Source of the DNA: a virus
Virus record (IMG/VR): IMGVR_UViG_3300050821_017219
Span: 14,383 to 78,382 of that record
Length of the DNA stretch: 64,000 bases
Reading direction: 5' to 3' (one strand)
Below are positions 30,433 to 41,036 of the stretch, in pieces; within the stretch, counting starts at the first letter, position 1; the number at the start of each line of letters is the position of its first letter. Position numbers and translations under genes: made by a program. Below the pieces are notes generated by a model. It did not search any database and was not told the DNA's origin. It saw only the letters and a list, made by a program, of their open reading frames with translations.

Positions 30433-31104
30433 ATGAGCGACTGGAGCGAGGCTGAGTATCAAAACGCGTACGCCGATCCACCAGACCCGGAAGACGAGGA
30501 AGAAGACATGGACGAGTTGAGCCACTTTCGACGCATCGGAGGCGCAGAAGGCGCCGCCAAGCGAACCGGCGCTGGCTTCAACCGCGGCGCATCCAAACAA
30601 GACTATGCGACGCCTGTCGAATTCATCAAGGCCGTCAAGCGTAAATTCGCCATCAAGCGCTTCGCGTTTGATCTCGCTGCGACGCGCGACAACGCCGTCG
30701 ACAACCTCGGACCGGCCGATCTTTATCTCGGACCCGACCACACCAACGCAACGTGCCGCGACGCGCTCACGTTCGCTTGGTCGAGACTGCCGAATGGTGA
30801 CCTATGGCTCAACCCGCCATTTTCGCGCATCGAGCCATGGGCCAAAAAGTCTTACGAGTCATCTCTGATTCGTTTGAATGCTTCTGATTTGCCGCCGACG
30901 CCTCGACTGTTTCTGCTGATCCCCGCCGCCGTCGGAGCCAACTGGTGGTCGCGGTGGGTTCACAAGAAGTGTCGCGTTTACTTCTTGAATGGGCGCATCA
31001 GCTTCGACGGAAAGAATGGGTATCCGAAGGATTGTGCGATTTGCTTGTATGGCGCGCCTATTGGCTATCGCGTCTGGCGTTGGAAGGAGACGAAGGCGAA
31101 ATGA
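30433..31104 (+). CDS. Phage-type DNA N6-adenine methyltransferase
   Basis: QDYATP, FDLAA, WLNPPFS, GRISF; GGAGG RBS. Confidence 0.85.
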   Translation: MSDWSEAEYQNAYADPPDPEDEEEDMDELSHFRRIGGAEGAAKRTGAGFNRGASKQDYATPVEFIKAVKRKFAIKRFAFDLAATRDNAVDNLGPADLYLGPDHTNATCRDALTFAWSRLPNGDLWLNPPFSRIEPWAKKSYESSLIRLNASDLPPTPRLFLLIPAAVGANWWSRWVHKKCRVYFLNGRISFDGKNGYPKDCAICLYGAPIGYRVWRWKETKAK

Positions 31105-31774
31105 AACTGACAGACGAAGAGTTGCGCCGTCTTCGGTTGGAGACGCCGCGTGGCGTAACGCGAGAGGCATTCGCCGAATATCTAACGCGCGAGCGATTCA
31201 ACGATATCATCGATGAGCTGCTCGCGGCGCGGCGTGTCGTCGAAGCGGCGAGGCAACATCTCGTTGCAGCTGTTTCGCAGCAAAGAATAATCGACGCCAT
31301 CGTCGACTACGACAAGGCGACGCGATGACACCGACGACAATGCCTATCTGCGGCGTCAAACTTCGCGACTCCGGCGTCTGCGGTAGCGCCGCCACCTGGG
31401 TGGTCGTCACCCCCTGGAATCAACGCCGACTCGTCTGCGACGACTGCGCGCGTCACTACGCAGCAGTGTCGGGGTTCATCGCAAGGCCGATCGACCAGGT
31501 CTGTGATAGCTGCAATCAACCGCTGCCGAAGAACTACGGCTTCTATTGCTGGTGTGGTTCAGCGACCAACGTCAAGCGTTACAACGTCGACGGCTTGTGG
31601 TTCACGTTGTGTGAAACACATCAGCCGCTACGGCTGTCTATTCTCTGGCGTCGGCTGTGGCTTCGTCTGAAATTTCGATTGATTAGTCTTTTCAAGAAGC
31701 CGAAGGAGATGTCTGCTGCAGACATCGCTGATTTGACGGAGATGGCGCGACGGCGCGCGAAGGGAAGCAAATGA
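31101..31774 (+). CDS. Two hypothetical proteins (31101-31328; Cys-rich zinc-binding 31325-31774)
   Basis: Coupled overlaps; several CxxC motifs. Confidence 0.55.
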
Positions 31775-32418
31775 ATCTTATCGGCATCTGCGGTCGAGCC
31801 GGCGCAGGAAAGGATACTGCCGCCGACGTCTTGGTGAAGGATTTCGGCCACGTCAAAGTCGCCTTGGCCGACCCGATGAAACGCGCATGCGCTGAATGGT
31901 TCGGCTGGGATGAACAAACGCTGTGGGGTCCAAGTGAACGGCGGAACGAGCCTCACGCGCGTCTCGGTGGTCTGACGCCGCGTCACGCGCTGCAGACGCT
32001 CGGCACCGAGTGGGGTCGCCGATGCTACAAAGACGTTTGGGTAGACATCGCGATCCGAACGGCGGCGAAGCTGCTGGACAATCAAACGCTATCGCAAATT
32101 GACCGGCGAGATGGGCAATGGATGTATAATCCACAAGAAGGCGCGTACTGGCTTTATTTCAACGTAGAGACTTTGCCGCAACACCGCGGCGTCGTCATCT
32201 CCGACGTGCGCTTCCCGAACGAAGTCGCCGCCATCAAAGCCGCCGGAGGCCGCATCTGGAAAATCGTTCGGTCTGAGTGGTCTATAAAAGACTTCGCGTG
32301 GAAACACCACGCGAGCGAATCATACGCCGACGGTATCGAAGCTGATCTCGACATCGCCAACGTCGGGTCGCTCGAAACGTTCCAACAGATGATTCGAGAT
32401 TTGATGAGGACGGGATGA
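31771..32418 (+). CDS. Deoxynucleoside monophosphate kinase (T4 gp1-like)
   Basis: IGICGRAGAGKDT, LADPMK, TPRHALQTLGTEWGR, VISDVRFPNE, HASE. Confidence 0.9.
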   Translation: MNLIGICGRAGAGKDTAADVLVKDFGHVKVALADPMKRACAEWFGWDEQTLWGPSERRNEPHARLGGLTPRHALQTLGTEWGRRCYKDVWVDIAIRTAAKLLDNQTLSQIDRRDGQWMYNPQEGAYWLYFNVETLPQHRGVVISDVRFPNEVAAIKAAGGRIWKIVRSEWSIKDFAWKHHASESYADGIEADLDIANVGSLETFQQMIRDLMRTG

Positions 32419-33185
32419 CGAATCGAACCGACTGTATTTACGTCTTAGATCACGGCTTCGTCAAAGTCGTCGAATCGTGGGGGAGCGACGAGCGCATCAT
32501 CGAAGCCGCGCGGATGTCGACGGGGAAGGGCTTCTTGGGATGGGGGCCGAAGCATTCGAGCGAATGCGCATGCGGCGGAAATGTCGATGCTGATTCGACT
32601 TGCGTTGGCGTCTCCGGCGACGAGAAGTTGCTTCGCTATCTCTACGAGAACAAGCACGCGACCCCCTTCGAGTTCGCCGGTCTCATCGTCGAGGTGCAAG
32701 CGCCTATCTTCGTCTTTCGAGAATGGTTGCGCCATCGGACACAAAGTTTCAACGAAATGTCCGCTCGTTACACGCCGCTGCCCGACCTCAACTACATTCC
32801 AACCGTCGAAAGATTGCTCATCCAAAGCGGCACCAACAAGCAAGCGGCTTCGACCGGCGCGACGCTGACGGAAGAAAACGCCAAACGCTTTCAGAAGCAA
32901 CTCGGCGAAGTCTATCGTCACCAGCAAGACATCTACGAGAACGCGCTCGCCGCTGGTGTTCCGAAAGAACTGGCGCGGATTCATCTCCCCGTCGGCCGCT
33001 ACAGCCGCATGCGCGCATCGGCGAATCTCCGCAACTGGCTTGCCTTCCTGACGCTACGGATGGCCCCAACGGCTCAATTCGAGATTCGCCAATACGCCGA
33101 CTGTGTTTGTCAAATTGTCAGAGAGAAGTTTCCGCGCACGTGGCAGCTATTTATCGAAGCAGATGAAGCATCAAGACGCCGATGA
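32415..33185 (+). CDS. thyX: Flavin-dependent thymidylate synthase
   Basis: H.TPFE, APIFVFREWLRHRTQSFNEMSARY, KELARIHLP, NLRNW..FL.LR....AQFEIR. Confidence 0.95.
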   Translation: MTNRTDCIYVLDHGFVKVVESWGSDERIIEAARMSTGKGFLGWGPKHSSECACGGNVDADSTCVGVSGDEKLLRYLYENKHATPFEFAGLIVEVQAPIFVFREWLRHRTQSFNEMSARYTPLPDLNYIPTVERLLIQSGTNKQAASTGATLTEENAKRFQKQLGEVYRHQQDIYENALAAGVPKELARIHLPVGRYSRMRASANLRNWLAFLTLRMAPTAQFEIRQYADCVCQIVREKFPRTWQLFIEADEASRRR

Positions 33186-33712
33186 TTCGTCTCACTGCCA
33201 TCATCTGCTTCACAATGACGACGTCGTGTCTTGACTATCCATCGTCTTACTCCGTCGGCATCTCCGGCTTCACCACCGACCGCAAAGCCGTCGTCATCGA
33301 GGCCATCGACAAGTGGAGCGACGCCACCGACGCGCGCCTCGTCACCTACGACGGCTGCGATGGCAACAGCGACAACGACATCTGCGTTTACGGCATCGAC
33401 AACGCCGAGACGGCCCGACGTGGCTTCGTCGACGCTCATCAGCCGCGACTTGGCTTCACTTACATCATGACGCGCCAAAATCCGTTCGACCCGTTCGGAC
33501 CGCAGGTCTTCATCAACAACGACAAGACGGGCCTACTCGGCGTCTTGAGCCACGTCGTGCAGCACGAGATGGGGCACGCGATGGGATTGGAGCACACCGG
33601 CGTCGGGACGGTCATGTACCACGCCACCAGCGGCATCGTCGAAACGCAGACGGTGGCAGCGCAAGACGTGACGACGGCAGACGTAGAGCAGTGGCGGAGG
33701 CTACGGAGGTAG
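33182..33712 (+). CDS. Matrixin-like (metzincin) zinc metalloprotease, possible lipoprotein
   Basis: HEMGHAMGLEH plus Met-turn VMY; hydrophobic N-terminus ending TSC. Confidence 0.8.
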   Translation: MIRLTAIICFTMTTSCLDYPSSYSVGISGFTTDRKAVVIEAIDKWSDATDARLVTYDGCDGNSDNDICVYGIDNAETARRGFVDAHQPRLGFTYIMTRQNPFDPFGPQVFINNDKTGLLGVLSHVVQHEMGHAMGLEHTGVGTVMYHATSGIVETQTVAAQDVTTADVEQWRRLRR

Positions 33713-33845
33713 AATGTTTCGCTTTATCGTTTCGTCGGTGGTCGAGCGCGTTGTCTTCGCGCTGCCGCTCTACCTGTCGGCCCGACGGCTTGGATTGAGT
33801 CGATGGCGAGCGCTCCGCATCGCTGTAGCGCCGTTGAAGAAGTAA

Positions 33846-34238
33846 ATGAAAGCCGATAGTTCAATCGCGCTTGTCATTAGCTGGTACGCCCAACCGATGC
33901 TTTTGGCCGTTCGCGAACCACGTGGTTTGTGTTTGCCAGGTGGAAAAGTAGAGCCCGATGAGACGCCACAAGCAGCGTGCTGCCGTGAGCTTCGCGAAGA
34001 GACCGGCATCAAAACATTACCTGGGCACATCGTCTATATCGCCGAGGGCTTGAGCGGCACCGAAGACGATCGGTTGGTGCGCATCTACCACGTCCGAGAA
34101 GCAATTCTACGTGGAGCGTGTGGTCAGTGGACGACCTTCGAGAAGCTGCTCGCCGAATCGCCGTTCGCCGACTTCTACAGGCGCCATCTGCCGAGCGGCA
34201 TTGTTCACCTACCGCTGACGCGCTTCCACGTTGGCTGA
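33846..34238 (+). CDS. Nudix hydrolase
   Basis: Nudix box GGKVEPDETPQAACCRELREETG. Confidence 0.88.
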   Translation: MKADSSIALVISWYAQPMLLAVREPRGLCLPGGKVEPDETPQAACCRELREETGIKTLPGHIVYIAEGLSGTEDDRLVRIYHVREAILRGACGQWTTFEKLLAESPFADFYRRHLPSGIVHLPLTRFHVG

Positions 34239-34252
34239 GCTACACTGACGCC

Positions 34253-36391
34253 ATGCCTTCCACCCGCCTCTCCAGCGCCGAAAAGCCCACCATCGAAGGT
34301 CTCGTTGCAGAACGCCGCACCTACGACGGCAAGTGGGTAGGATTTTGGAACGACGGTACGATCGTTGTCGGTCATCCGGTGGTGAACAAAACGATCGCGC
34401 GGAACGTACCCAAAGCGCTCTGGTTTATCATCGCCGATGACGTTTCGCTCTACGACGAAGCTGAACTAAAAGGACTCGTCAAAGCGGCGCGGAAGGCATA
34501 TGACCTCCACAAGCGCGAGCCACATCGAGTCCGAAGCGAAGATCTACTCCGTCTCATGCGTTCGTATGCGCCGCCAACGCATGCGGCAGCATCAGAGACG
34601 ACGCGTCTCTCCAGCGGCGACGTCTCCTCGTCCGATCGCCCGACGACGACCCCCGACGAGTCCGGCCCCCGCATCGTCGCCGCCGGTACCTACGAGGCGG
34701 TGCTGCGCCGTTGTCTCTCAGATTTAGGATCGAACGACCCGGACATCTTGCTGCGGATGAGCGGCGACTTCTGGAAGCGTTGCCGCGACGCCGGAGTCGA
34801 TCCGAAGGTGGCGGCGACGACCATCTACACCGCCGAGCGGCATCACCATGAAGTCGCGCGCGTCGTGATCAAAGAAGCATCCGAAACATCTTCAGCGTCA
34901 GAATCGCCAACGATGCTCGGCGAAGAGTGGGAAGTCATCGTCAGGCGTCACGGCGCATCGATGAACAAGATCGTCGAAGCTGCTGGTAAGAAGGCTGACG
35001 CCGTCGAAGGCCCGAACGTCATCTTCGGAGACTTCCGCGACGATGAGAAGGCAGCGGCGTTTGCGCGCAAGATGACGAAGGCTGGTTTTGTTAGCTACTA
35101 TGGCCCGCACAAACAAATCTCTGCTGAGGCCAAAGAGACTTCGACGTCGCCGTTTCAGCGGCCAGACGCGCTAACGCATGCGCGCGGCTACTACAAGCAG
35201 TATCTACAGGTCGAGAAGGAAGATCCGGGCGGTCTCCACTCGAGCGAGCTTCGCGGCTACCTTCTCGCGCAATTGCTTCGCCAAGATGGATCGATCCCCA
35301 CCTGGGATGAAGCGGTCGCGCTGATCGATGGCGGCGCCGAATTGTCGGACGCAGAAATCGCCGCCATCGCCGCCGCTGTCGTCGCCTCGGGTGGATCGAC
35401 CGACAAAAACGTGGAGAAGCTAGGCGGAAGATCATTCAGTCACTATGGCGCGCCACGACGATTGACCGACCACGAATTGGCGCGCGTGCAGCAATGTATC
35501 CACGCAGCAGACGAAGCAACCGAAGCCGACGACAAAAAACCAGACTGGGCGCAGCGCCGTTTCCTCAAGCTGATCAAAGAGGTCCGCACCAACGGCGGGC
35601 GCGCCCGAATCGCCGACCTGCGCGATCGCCTTCCATTGCTATCGAAGTCGGAGTTCGATCAGACGCTCGTACGGATGCAGCGCGAGGGCTTCATCGTACT
35701 CTACCCCATCGACAACCCTCAAGAGATGAAGCAGCGCGACATCGACTCCGCCGTGAGCATCGCCGGTGACCCGCGGATGCTTATCTACATCGAGCCGGCG
35801 TGGGAGAGCTTCGTAGTCAACGAGGCTGAGGAGATGCCGCGCGGCGAAGGTGGCGTGCAGTCGCAAATCGCAGCGCGAATGCAGCCGGTTGAAGTAACGC
35901 CAGACAAATCAGCTTGTGTGACGTGCATCCCATGGATCAAAGTCTCTCGCGACCCCGCGCAGCACGCGGCCATCGCTGAGCTCGCGAAGAAGTTCGGCAA
36001 GATCCGAACGCCGCGCGATGTCTACGCCATCGTCGGCGACGACTTGAACCGCGAGACACAAGAGGTCTTCCTCGTCATCGCGCTGAACGTTCACTCGCGG
36101 CTGATGTGCGCCCCCTACGAGATTGCACGAGGGCAGCGTGACCGAGTCGCCGTCGGCATCGACAACGTCATGGACGCCGCCTCCGACGCGCGATGCGCCG
36201 CCTTTCTAGTTTGCCATCAACATCCTGGAGACTCACCCGAGCCCTCCGAGGCCGACTGGAAGCTCTACAAGGATATCGTCAAGGCGACCCCACCTGGTAG
36301 AGTTTGTATCGACAGCCTCGTCGTCGGACCAGCGAGCATCTATAGCTGCGCCGAGAAAAAGCTCCACAAAATCGCTGCGTCGAGGCGTTGA
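34253..36391 (+). CDS. Polyvalent multidomain protein with C-terminal RadC/JAB domain
   Basis: QEVFLVIALN...HQHPGDSPEPSEAD...IDSLVVG; upstream wHTH-like and other small domains. Confidence 0.75.
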   Translation: MPSTRLSSAEKPTIEGLVAERRTYDGKWVGFWNDGTIVVGHPVVNKTIARNVPKALWFIIADDVSLYDEAELKGLVKAARKAYDLHKREPHRVRSEDLLRLMRSYAPPTHAAASETTRLSSGDVSSSDRPTTTPDESGPRIVAAGTYEAVLRRCLSDLGSNDPDILLRMSGDFWKRCRDAGVDPKVAATTIYTAERHHHEVARVVIKEASETSSASESPTMLGEEWEVIVRRHGASMNKIVEAAGKKADAVEGPNVIFGDFRDDEKAAAFARKMTKAGFVSYYGPHKQISAEAKETSTSPFQRPDALTHARGYYKQYLQVEKEDPGGLHSSELRGYLLAQLLRQDGSIPTWDEAVALIDGGAELSDAEIAAIAAAVVASGGSTDKNVEKLGGRSFSHYGAPRRLTDHELARVQQCIHAADEATEADDKKPDWAQRRFLKLIKEVRTNGGRARIADLRDRLPLLSKSEFDQTLVRMQREGFIVLYPIDNPQEMKQRDIDSAVSIAGDPRMLIYIEPAWESFVVNEAEEMPRGEGGVQSQIAARMQPVEVTPDKSACVTCIPWIKVSRDPAQHAAIAELAKKFGKIRTPRDVYAIVGDDLNRETQEVFLVIALNVHSRLMCAPYEIARGQRDRVAVGIDNVMDAASDARCAAFLVCHQHPGDSPEPSEADWKLYKDIVKATPPGRVCIDSLVVGPASIYSCAEKKLHKIAASRR

Positions 36392-36449
36392 CTTTCGGCG
36401 CAAGCAGACTCATCATTGACGACGCATCGATTCGTTGGAGAAAGAAAAA

Positions 36450-36995
36450 ATGACAGCCACGACAACGCCGACGCCGGTGACGCCAGAAGCCGCCGATGAC
36501 ATCGTCGACTTCGACGAGCGAAAATTCGAGACGCAGGAAGACTTCTCGAAGGCGCTCTTCAAGGAGATCCTCGATCGATCCGGCCTGGATTCGTTCGGAG
36601 ACGTCCCGATCCCCAAGCGCGCCGTGTGGGAAGACCCCGGTGGGTCGCTGATGAACATCGAGATCAACGAGCCGTCGCCCTTCGACAAAAACTCCATCGT
36701 ACTTGGGCTCTTCCACGACGATGAAGAGGTGCGTGTCTATACCCTCCCGAAACAACGAGGCGAAGCGAAGCGCTACTGTCTCTCCAAGCGCGGTCGCACG
36801 TTCGTCGTCGAGACCTTCTCGTCGCTCGAGATGATCATCGACTCGTTGGCCGAAGAGTATCACGTCTTAGGTATCACTACCGAAGTCATCGACGACGATG
36901 ACGACGACGACGAAGACGAAACTCCAGCGAATGGCGTCACAAACGATGGCGTTGCTGCAACGCCTTCGTCGGCAACGCCGTCGGTGACGTCGTGA
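36450..36995 (+). CDS. Acidic hypothetical protein
   Basis: GGAG RBS; poly-Asp tail. Confidence 0.65.
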   Translation: MTATTTPTPVTPEAADDIVDFDERKFETQEDFSKALFKEILDRSGLDSFGDVPIPKRAVWEDPGGSLMNIEINEPSPFDKNSIVLGLFHDDEEVRVYTLPKQRGEAKRYCLSKRGRTFVVETFSSLEMIIDSLAEEYHVLGITTEVIDDDDDDDEDETPANGVTNDGVAATPSSATPSVTS

Positions 36996-37801
36996 ATACC
37001 ACCGTCACGTGCGTCTATCGCATCGCGCAAGGCGGCGCGGCGTTGACGACGCTTCAGTCGAAGGTCGCCGCCGTCGTCGTCAACTCTTCCATTCTGTCGA
37101 CGCTCGGCGCGCGTATCACGAGCGACGTCACTACCATCGCCGCCGGTTTCGCCATCCGAACCATCGTCTTTTCGATCGTGCCGACGGTCGCAGCCGGCGC
37201 GACGGCAGCGCTCAACTCCAACGACTTCCTCTCCGGCGTGTCGGTCTTCTCGGCCGGCTCTGACTACATTCTGCCGCCCGTCGTCAAATTCGCTGGTGGA
37301 AACCCCTACAAAATCGCGTCGGCGCGCGCGACGTTGAAGGCCGTCGGCGTCAACGTCGTCGCTGGTGGCTCAGGCTATACCGCAGCGGCGGTCGCAACAG
37401 CCGTCGGTGCGATCAACCCCAACCATGACATCAAGCTCGGCCAAGCCCCACCGAAGCCTGTCTTGATGACGTTGACGCTTGGCGGTGGCGGAGCCATCGT
37501 CGGCGTCGCCATCACCGATGCGGGCGCTAACTACGAAGGCGTTCCCTCGGTTGTCGTCACCGACGTCGTTGGGGGTGGAAGCGGCGCCATCATCGATCTG
37601 TCGATGGGCGTCAGCGCCGTCGATGTGATCTACCCCGGGCAAGGCTTCCAGGCGGTTCCGGCGTGTCAGCTGATCCCAGCCTTCCGTGTGATGTTCCCCG
37701 ACGGACCTTCGCAGGCGGCACCTTTCGCGAACCTCATGACGACGGCGATTGCGCAAGCAGTGATGACGCCGGTCGTTGCGGATGCGCCGGTGTTGTCATG
37801 A
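36992..37801 (+). CDS. Beta-repeat structural protein
   Basis: Four VxVxxxGxxY/F repeats (AGSDY, GGSGY, AGANY, PGQGF) as in virion/surface proteins. Confidence 0.6.
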   Translation: MNTTVTCVYRIAQGGAALTTLQSKVAAVVVNSSILSTLGARITSDVTTIAAGFAIRTIVFSIVPTVAAGATAALNSNDFLSGVSVFSAGSDYILPPVVKFAGGNPYKIASARATLKAVGVNVVAGGSGYTAAAVATAVGAINPNHDIKLGQAPPKPVLMTLTLGGGGAIVGVAITDAGANYEGVPSVVVTDVVGGGSGAIIDLSMGVSAVDVIYPGQGFQAVPACQLIPAFRVMFPDGPSQAAPFANLMTTAIAQAVMTPVVADAPVLS

Positions 37802-39303
37802 CGCGCGAAGATGACAACTACGACGAGCGAGACGACGATGACGGCGAAGGCGAGCCGCCTGAAGAAGTCGTCGAAGCCAAAACGAAGGCAATACCGCCGA
37901 AGAAGCGCAATCCGAAAGCGCGAAACGGCGTCGGTGGAGCGTTGGGTGGTGCGCCCGAAGATTCGCCGCGTGAAGCTGAGCTGCTCTGGCTGTGGATTCT
38001 CGCGCGACTTCCCAGCGAAGGCCGCTCCGCCTACGACGTGACCATCCAAGTCTTGCAGCTCGATCCACCCGCCTCAAACGGCCGCGCCTTCATGGTGGGA
38101 AGCTTCGGCGGTGGCGCAATCCGCGGCAGCGAAACTGTTGATCCGTCGCAGGCGTTGATCAGCTACGTCACCGACAACTTTCACATGCCGCGGTCTCAGT
38201 CGAGACAGTCGGTGACCTACCAGATCCGCTTCATCTGGGCATCGAACAGCCAGCAGATGAAGCGCGGCGAGCTGACGCTTCCCCCGCGCGACGAGATCAT
38301 CGCCGTTCGACAAGAAGAGGCGCGCCAGCGGCAGGCCAACGGCGAGCCGGTGACCCCCTACAACCCGCCGCCGATGCATCAGCAAGGCGTCGGTGTGCCG
38401 CAACCATGGCCGCAGCCGTTTGGCTTTCCGCCGTCTTACTACCCCCCGCCTGCCGGTGGCGATGCGCAGATGATGCCGCAGCTGCTGACGATGATGCAGG
38501 AGATGTGGCGCGCGCAGCTCGAAGGCCGCCCACCCAATCCCGCAGCTGCCGGTGTCGCTGCGCCACCACCCGCGCCTCTCAACGAAGACAGCATCGTACA
38601 GAAAACGACCGCCAGCGTCTTGATGGCGCTGCAGCAAGCCGGCATCTTGACGAAGCCAACCGCCGGTGTCGCCGCCGCAACGCCAACGCCTGCGGTCTCG
38701 CCTGCGTCGCCGGCTGCATCGAATCCATTCGCAGGCATGATGGAAAAAGCCGTCGGTCGCATGTTCGAGGCGGCCGTCGGTGAGGTGGAGAAAAGCGTCA
38801 AGAAGACCATCGCTGGCGTCGGCAAGCCGCAAGACGACGACTATTACTTCGACGACGATGACGATGGAAAGAAAGGCGGATCATCTTCGCCTGCATCTGC
38901 AGCCGTTGGCGTTGGCGCGCCACCGACACCGCCGAAAGAAGACGCCTTCGATCTGCCGTGGGCGACGAAGCCAGTCGCCGATGCGAAGTGGGGCGACGGC
39001 CGCCCAGTCGTCTACGCCGAAGACAAAGAGACCGGCAACTTCTCGTGGCAGGGCGCGCTCATGAGCAACCCCACCGTGCTCGAGAAGGGGATGGAAGCCG
39101 CGCAGGGTCTCGCCGGAGCGTTGACGAACATCGTGAAGCAGGTCGGCGCCAAAGCTTCCGCCGGCTTCGCGCAGGCGCCGCAGAATCCGCCGCCGCAGAT
39201 GACGCCGAAGACGGTTTCGATACCGCCTGCCGCAACGGTTGTGGCGGAGACGCCCGCGGGCGCGGTGGATGCGACGCCAAAGTCTTGGAAAGACGGCGAC
39301 TAG
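37798..39303 (+). CDS. Pro/Gln-rich multidomain protein with repeated GVG/GVA motifs (putative scaffold/assembly protein)
   Basis: ATGA coupling; six GV(G/A) motifs in low-complexity linkers. Confidence 0.65.
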   Translation: MTREDDNYDERDDDDGEGEPPEEVVEAKTKAIPPKKRNPKARNGVGGALGGAPEDSPREAELLWLWILARLPSEGRSAYDVTIQVLQLDPPASNGRAFMVGSFGGGAIRGSETVDPSQALISYVTDNFHMPRSQSRQSVTYQIRFIWASNSQQMKRGELTLPPRDEIIAVRQEEARQRQANGEPVTPYNPPPMHQQGVGVPQPWPQPFGFPPSYYPPPAGGDAQMMPQLLTMMQEMWRAQLEGRPPNPAAAGVAAPPPAPLNEDSIVQKTTASVLMALQQAGILTKPTAGVAAATPTPAVSPASPAASNPFAGMMEKAVGRMFEAAVGEVEKSVKKTIAGVGKPQDDDYYFDDDDDGKKGGSSSPASAAVGVGAPPTPPKEDAFDLPWATKPVADAKWGDGRPVVYAEDKETGNFSWQGALMSNPTVLEKGMEAAQGLAGALTNIVKQVGAKASAGFAQAPQNPPPQMTPKTVSIPPAATVVAETPAGAVDATPKSWKDGD

Positions 39304-39324
39304 CAGCTCTGCTACGATTGCGGT

Positions 39325-40665
39325 GTGACAACGACGCCGCATTGGCCGCAGGTAGTGGTGCCGCGCCGTGTCGGTGTCGCCGGTCTGACCGATTTTGAGG
39401 CGCACTTCGCGTCCGACCCCAACTTTGCGTCGGCGTGGAACGATGTCGGTGGCCAGCTCCTCGCCGAAGGCGCTAGCAGCTCGCAGGTCGACCAAGCGAA
39501 GACGTGGTTCGTCAACGCCGTCGAGGGAGCTGTCCCTGGGGTAACCGGCGACCAGGCCATCGCCTCCGCGAAGCAGCTCGTGCTGCTTGGGCAGACGGTC
39601 ATGGGCGCCGTCGCTACGGTGCAAGGTCTTCTCCAGACCGTCGAAAGTGGGTCGGTCCCACAAATTACGCAGGCGTTTACCGGCGTCTTGATCAGCCTCG
39701 GCGTCGGCACTGGGTTAGTCTCGGCCGGTATCGGCGCGGCCATCGCGCTCGGCATCTCCGTCGTGTTGGCGGCGCTTCAAGACCTTGGATTTTTTACTAG
39801 CAACGCCCCTCCGACATTTGACATCCCTGGGTGCGGCAAGTGGTACTGGGTGCCGGACTACCTCATCGGATGCATGGGCGTTCAAGCGAAGGGCGGCACT
39901 GCCAACGATCCGCTCTTGACGCAACCCTTTCATGTCGCGCCGGGCTCCCCCAACTGGCGGACGTTCCCGGTGCCGGGCAACATCATCCCATACGTCGAAG
40001 GCGCGGACAAAGAATGGTACGTCCCTGGGTTGGGGATGGTTGGCCACTGGAAGGGCATCTTCATCGACTACGGCGCCGTCGATGCAAGCGATGGGCGGCG
40101 GCCGATCGATCGCGCGTTTCCGAATTTTCGGCAGCTCGAAGCGGACAGCGGACCGGGAGCAAGCGACTTCCAGCGCGCGTTCGGTGGCGCATGGCGAAGC
40201 AACGCGGAGTATGCGTTCAACGGGTTGAAGCCGCAGCCAGACGAACAGGTGCTGCTCCATACCATTCGATTGTGGAACCGTTCGCACGATGGCCCCGCAG
40301 TTACGCTCGATCAAAGCAACGCGACCTACGCCAATTCGCTCGTCGACGCCGCCGTCAACAACGTGATGTCGAGTGACATCGGTTTGCTGTCTGGCCAAAG
40401 CTTGCTCGTCAACGCCGGTGGGTTGAAAACCCAAACGCCACGTGTCGTCACGCTGCATCTAGGCGGTAGTTTCGATTCAGCGACGTCGCCAACAACCGGC
40501 CTTATGTCGTCGACGGGTGGAAAAATTCTCGCGGGTACAGCTGCAATCGGCGGCGCCGCACTGCTCGGAAGCGCGGCGTACGCCTTCGCAAAGAAAGAGA
40601 GCATCGGCGCCGTCTGGAAGAACGTCTTCAAGACGGTGACGAAACCTCTGAGAGGTGGAAGATGA
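39325..40665 (+). CDS. Membrane-associated putative virion protein
   Basis: N-terminal TTPHWPQ..VGVAG; internal and C-terminal hydrophobic helices. Confidence 0.7.
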   Translation: MTTTPHWPQVVVPRRVGVAGLTDFEAHFASDPNFASAWNDVGGQLLAEGASSSQVDQAKTWFVNAVEGAVPGVTGDQAIASAKQLVLLGQTVMGAVATVQGLLQTVESGSVPQITQAFTGVLISLGVGTGLVSAGIGAAIALGISVVLAALQDLGFFTSNAPPTFDIPGCGKWYWVPDYLIGCMGVQAKGGTANDPLLTQPFHVAPGSPNWRTFPVPGNIIPYVEGADKEWYVPGLGMVGHWKGIFIDYGAVDASDGRRPIDRAFPNFRQLEADSGPGASDFQRAFGGAWRSNAEYAFNGLKPQPDEQVLLHTIRLWNRSHDGPAVTLDQSNATYANSLVDAAVNNVMSSDIGLLSGQSLLVNAGGLKTQTPRVVTLHLGGSFDSATSPTTGLMSSTGGKILAGTAAIGGAALLGSAAYAFAKKESIGAVWKNVFKTVTKPLRGGR

Positions 40666-40988
40666 GACGAAGACACGGTCGTAGAAATCCTTCGACGCAA
40701 ACGACGACGCTGCTGATCGCCGGTGGCGGTTTGGCGCTGCTCGGCGTTGGCGTCTACCTCTTCACGAAGAAGCCAGCGGCGGCGACAACGACGACTGCGA
40801 TCACGGCGACGTCACCAAATTCTCGACCGTTCGGTGACCCCGCCAACACGTCGAGCGTCGCGTTCGCGTGCAACACCTGCTGGAAGCTGAACGCACTCGG
40901 CCATCCGACGCAGGCGACGGCGTGGTGCACGAAATGCACCGCCAACGGTGGGGTAGTACCGCAAAGCGCTGCTCAGTTGTATACTTGA
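40662..40988 (+). CDS. Small membrane protein (RRNP + TM + Cys-rich domain)
   Basis: MRRRHGRRNP, TM LLIAGGGLALLGVGVYLF, CxxC pairs. Confidence 0.7.
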   Translation: MRRRHGRRNPSTQTTTLLIAGGGLALLGVGVYLFTKKPAAATTTTAITATSPNSRPFGDPANTSSVAFACNTCWKLNALGHPTQATAWCTKCTANGGVVPQSAAQLYT

Positions 40989-41036
40989 GGCGCCGGTAGT
41001 CATTTTTGACGGCGACGCAAGACGAAAAGATAAAAA

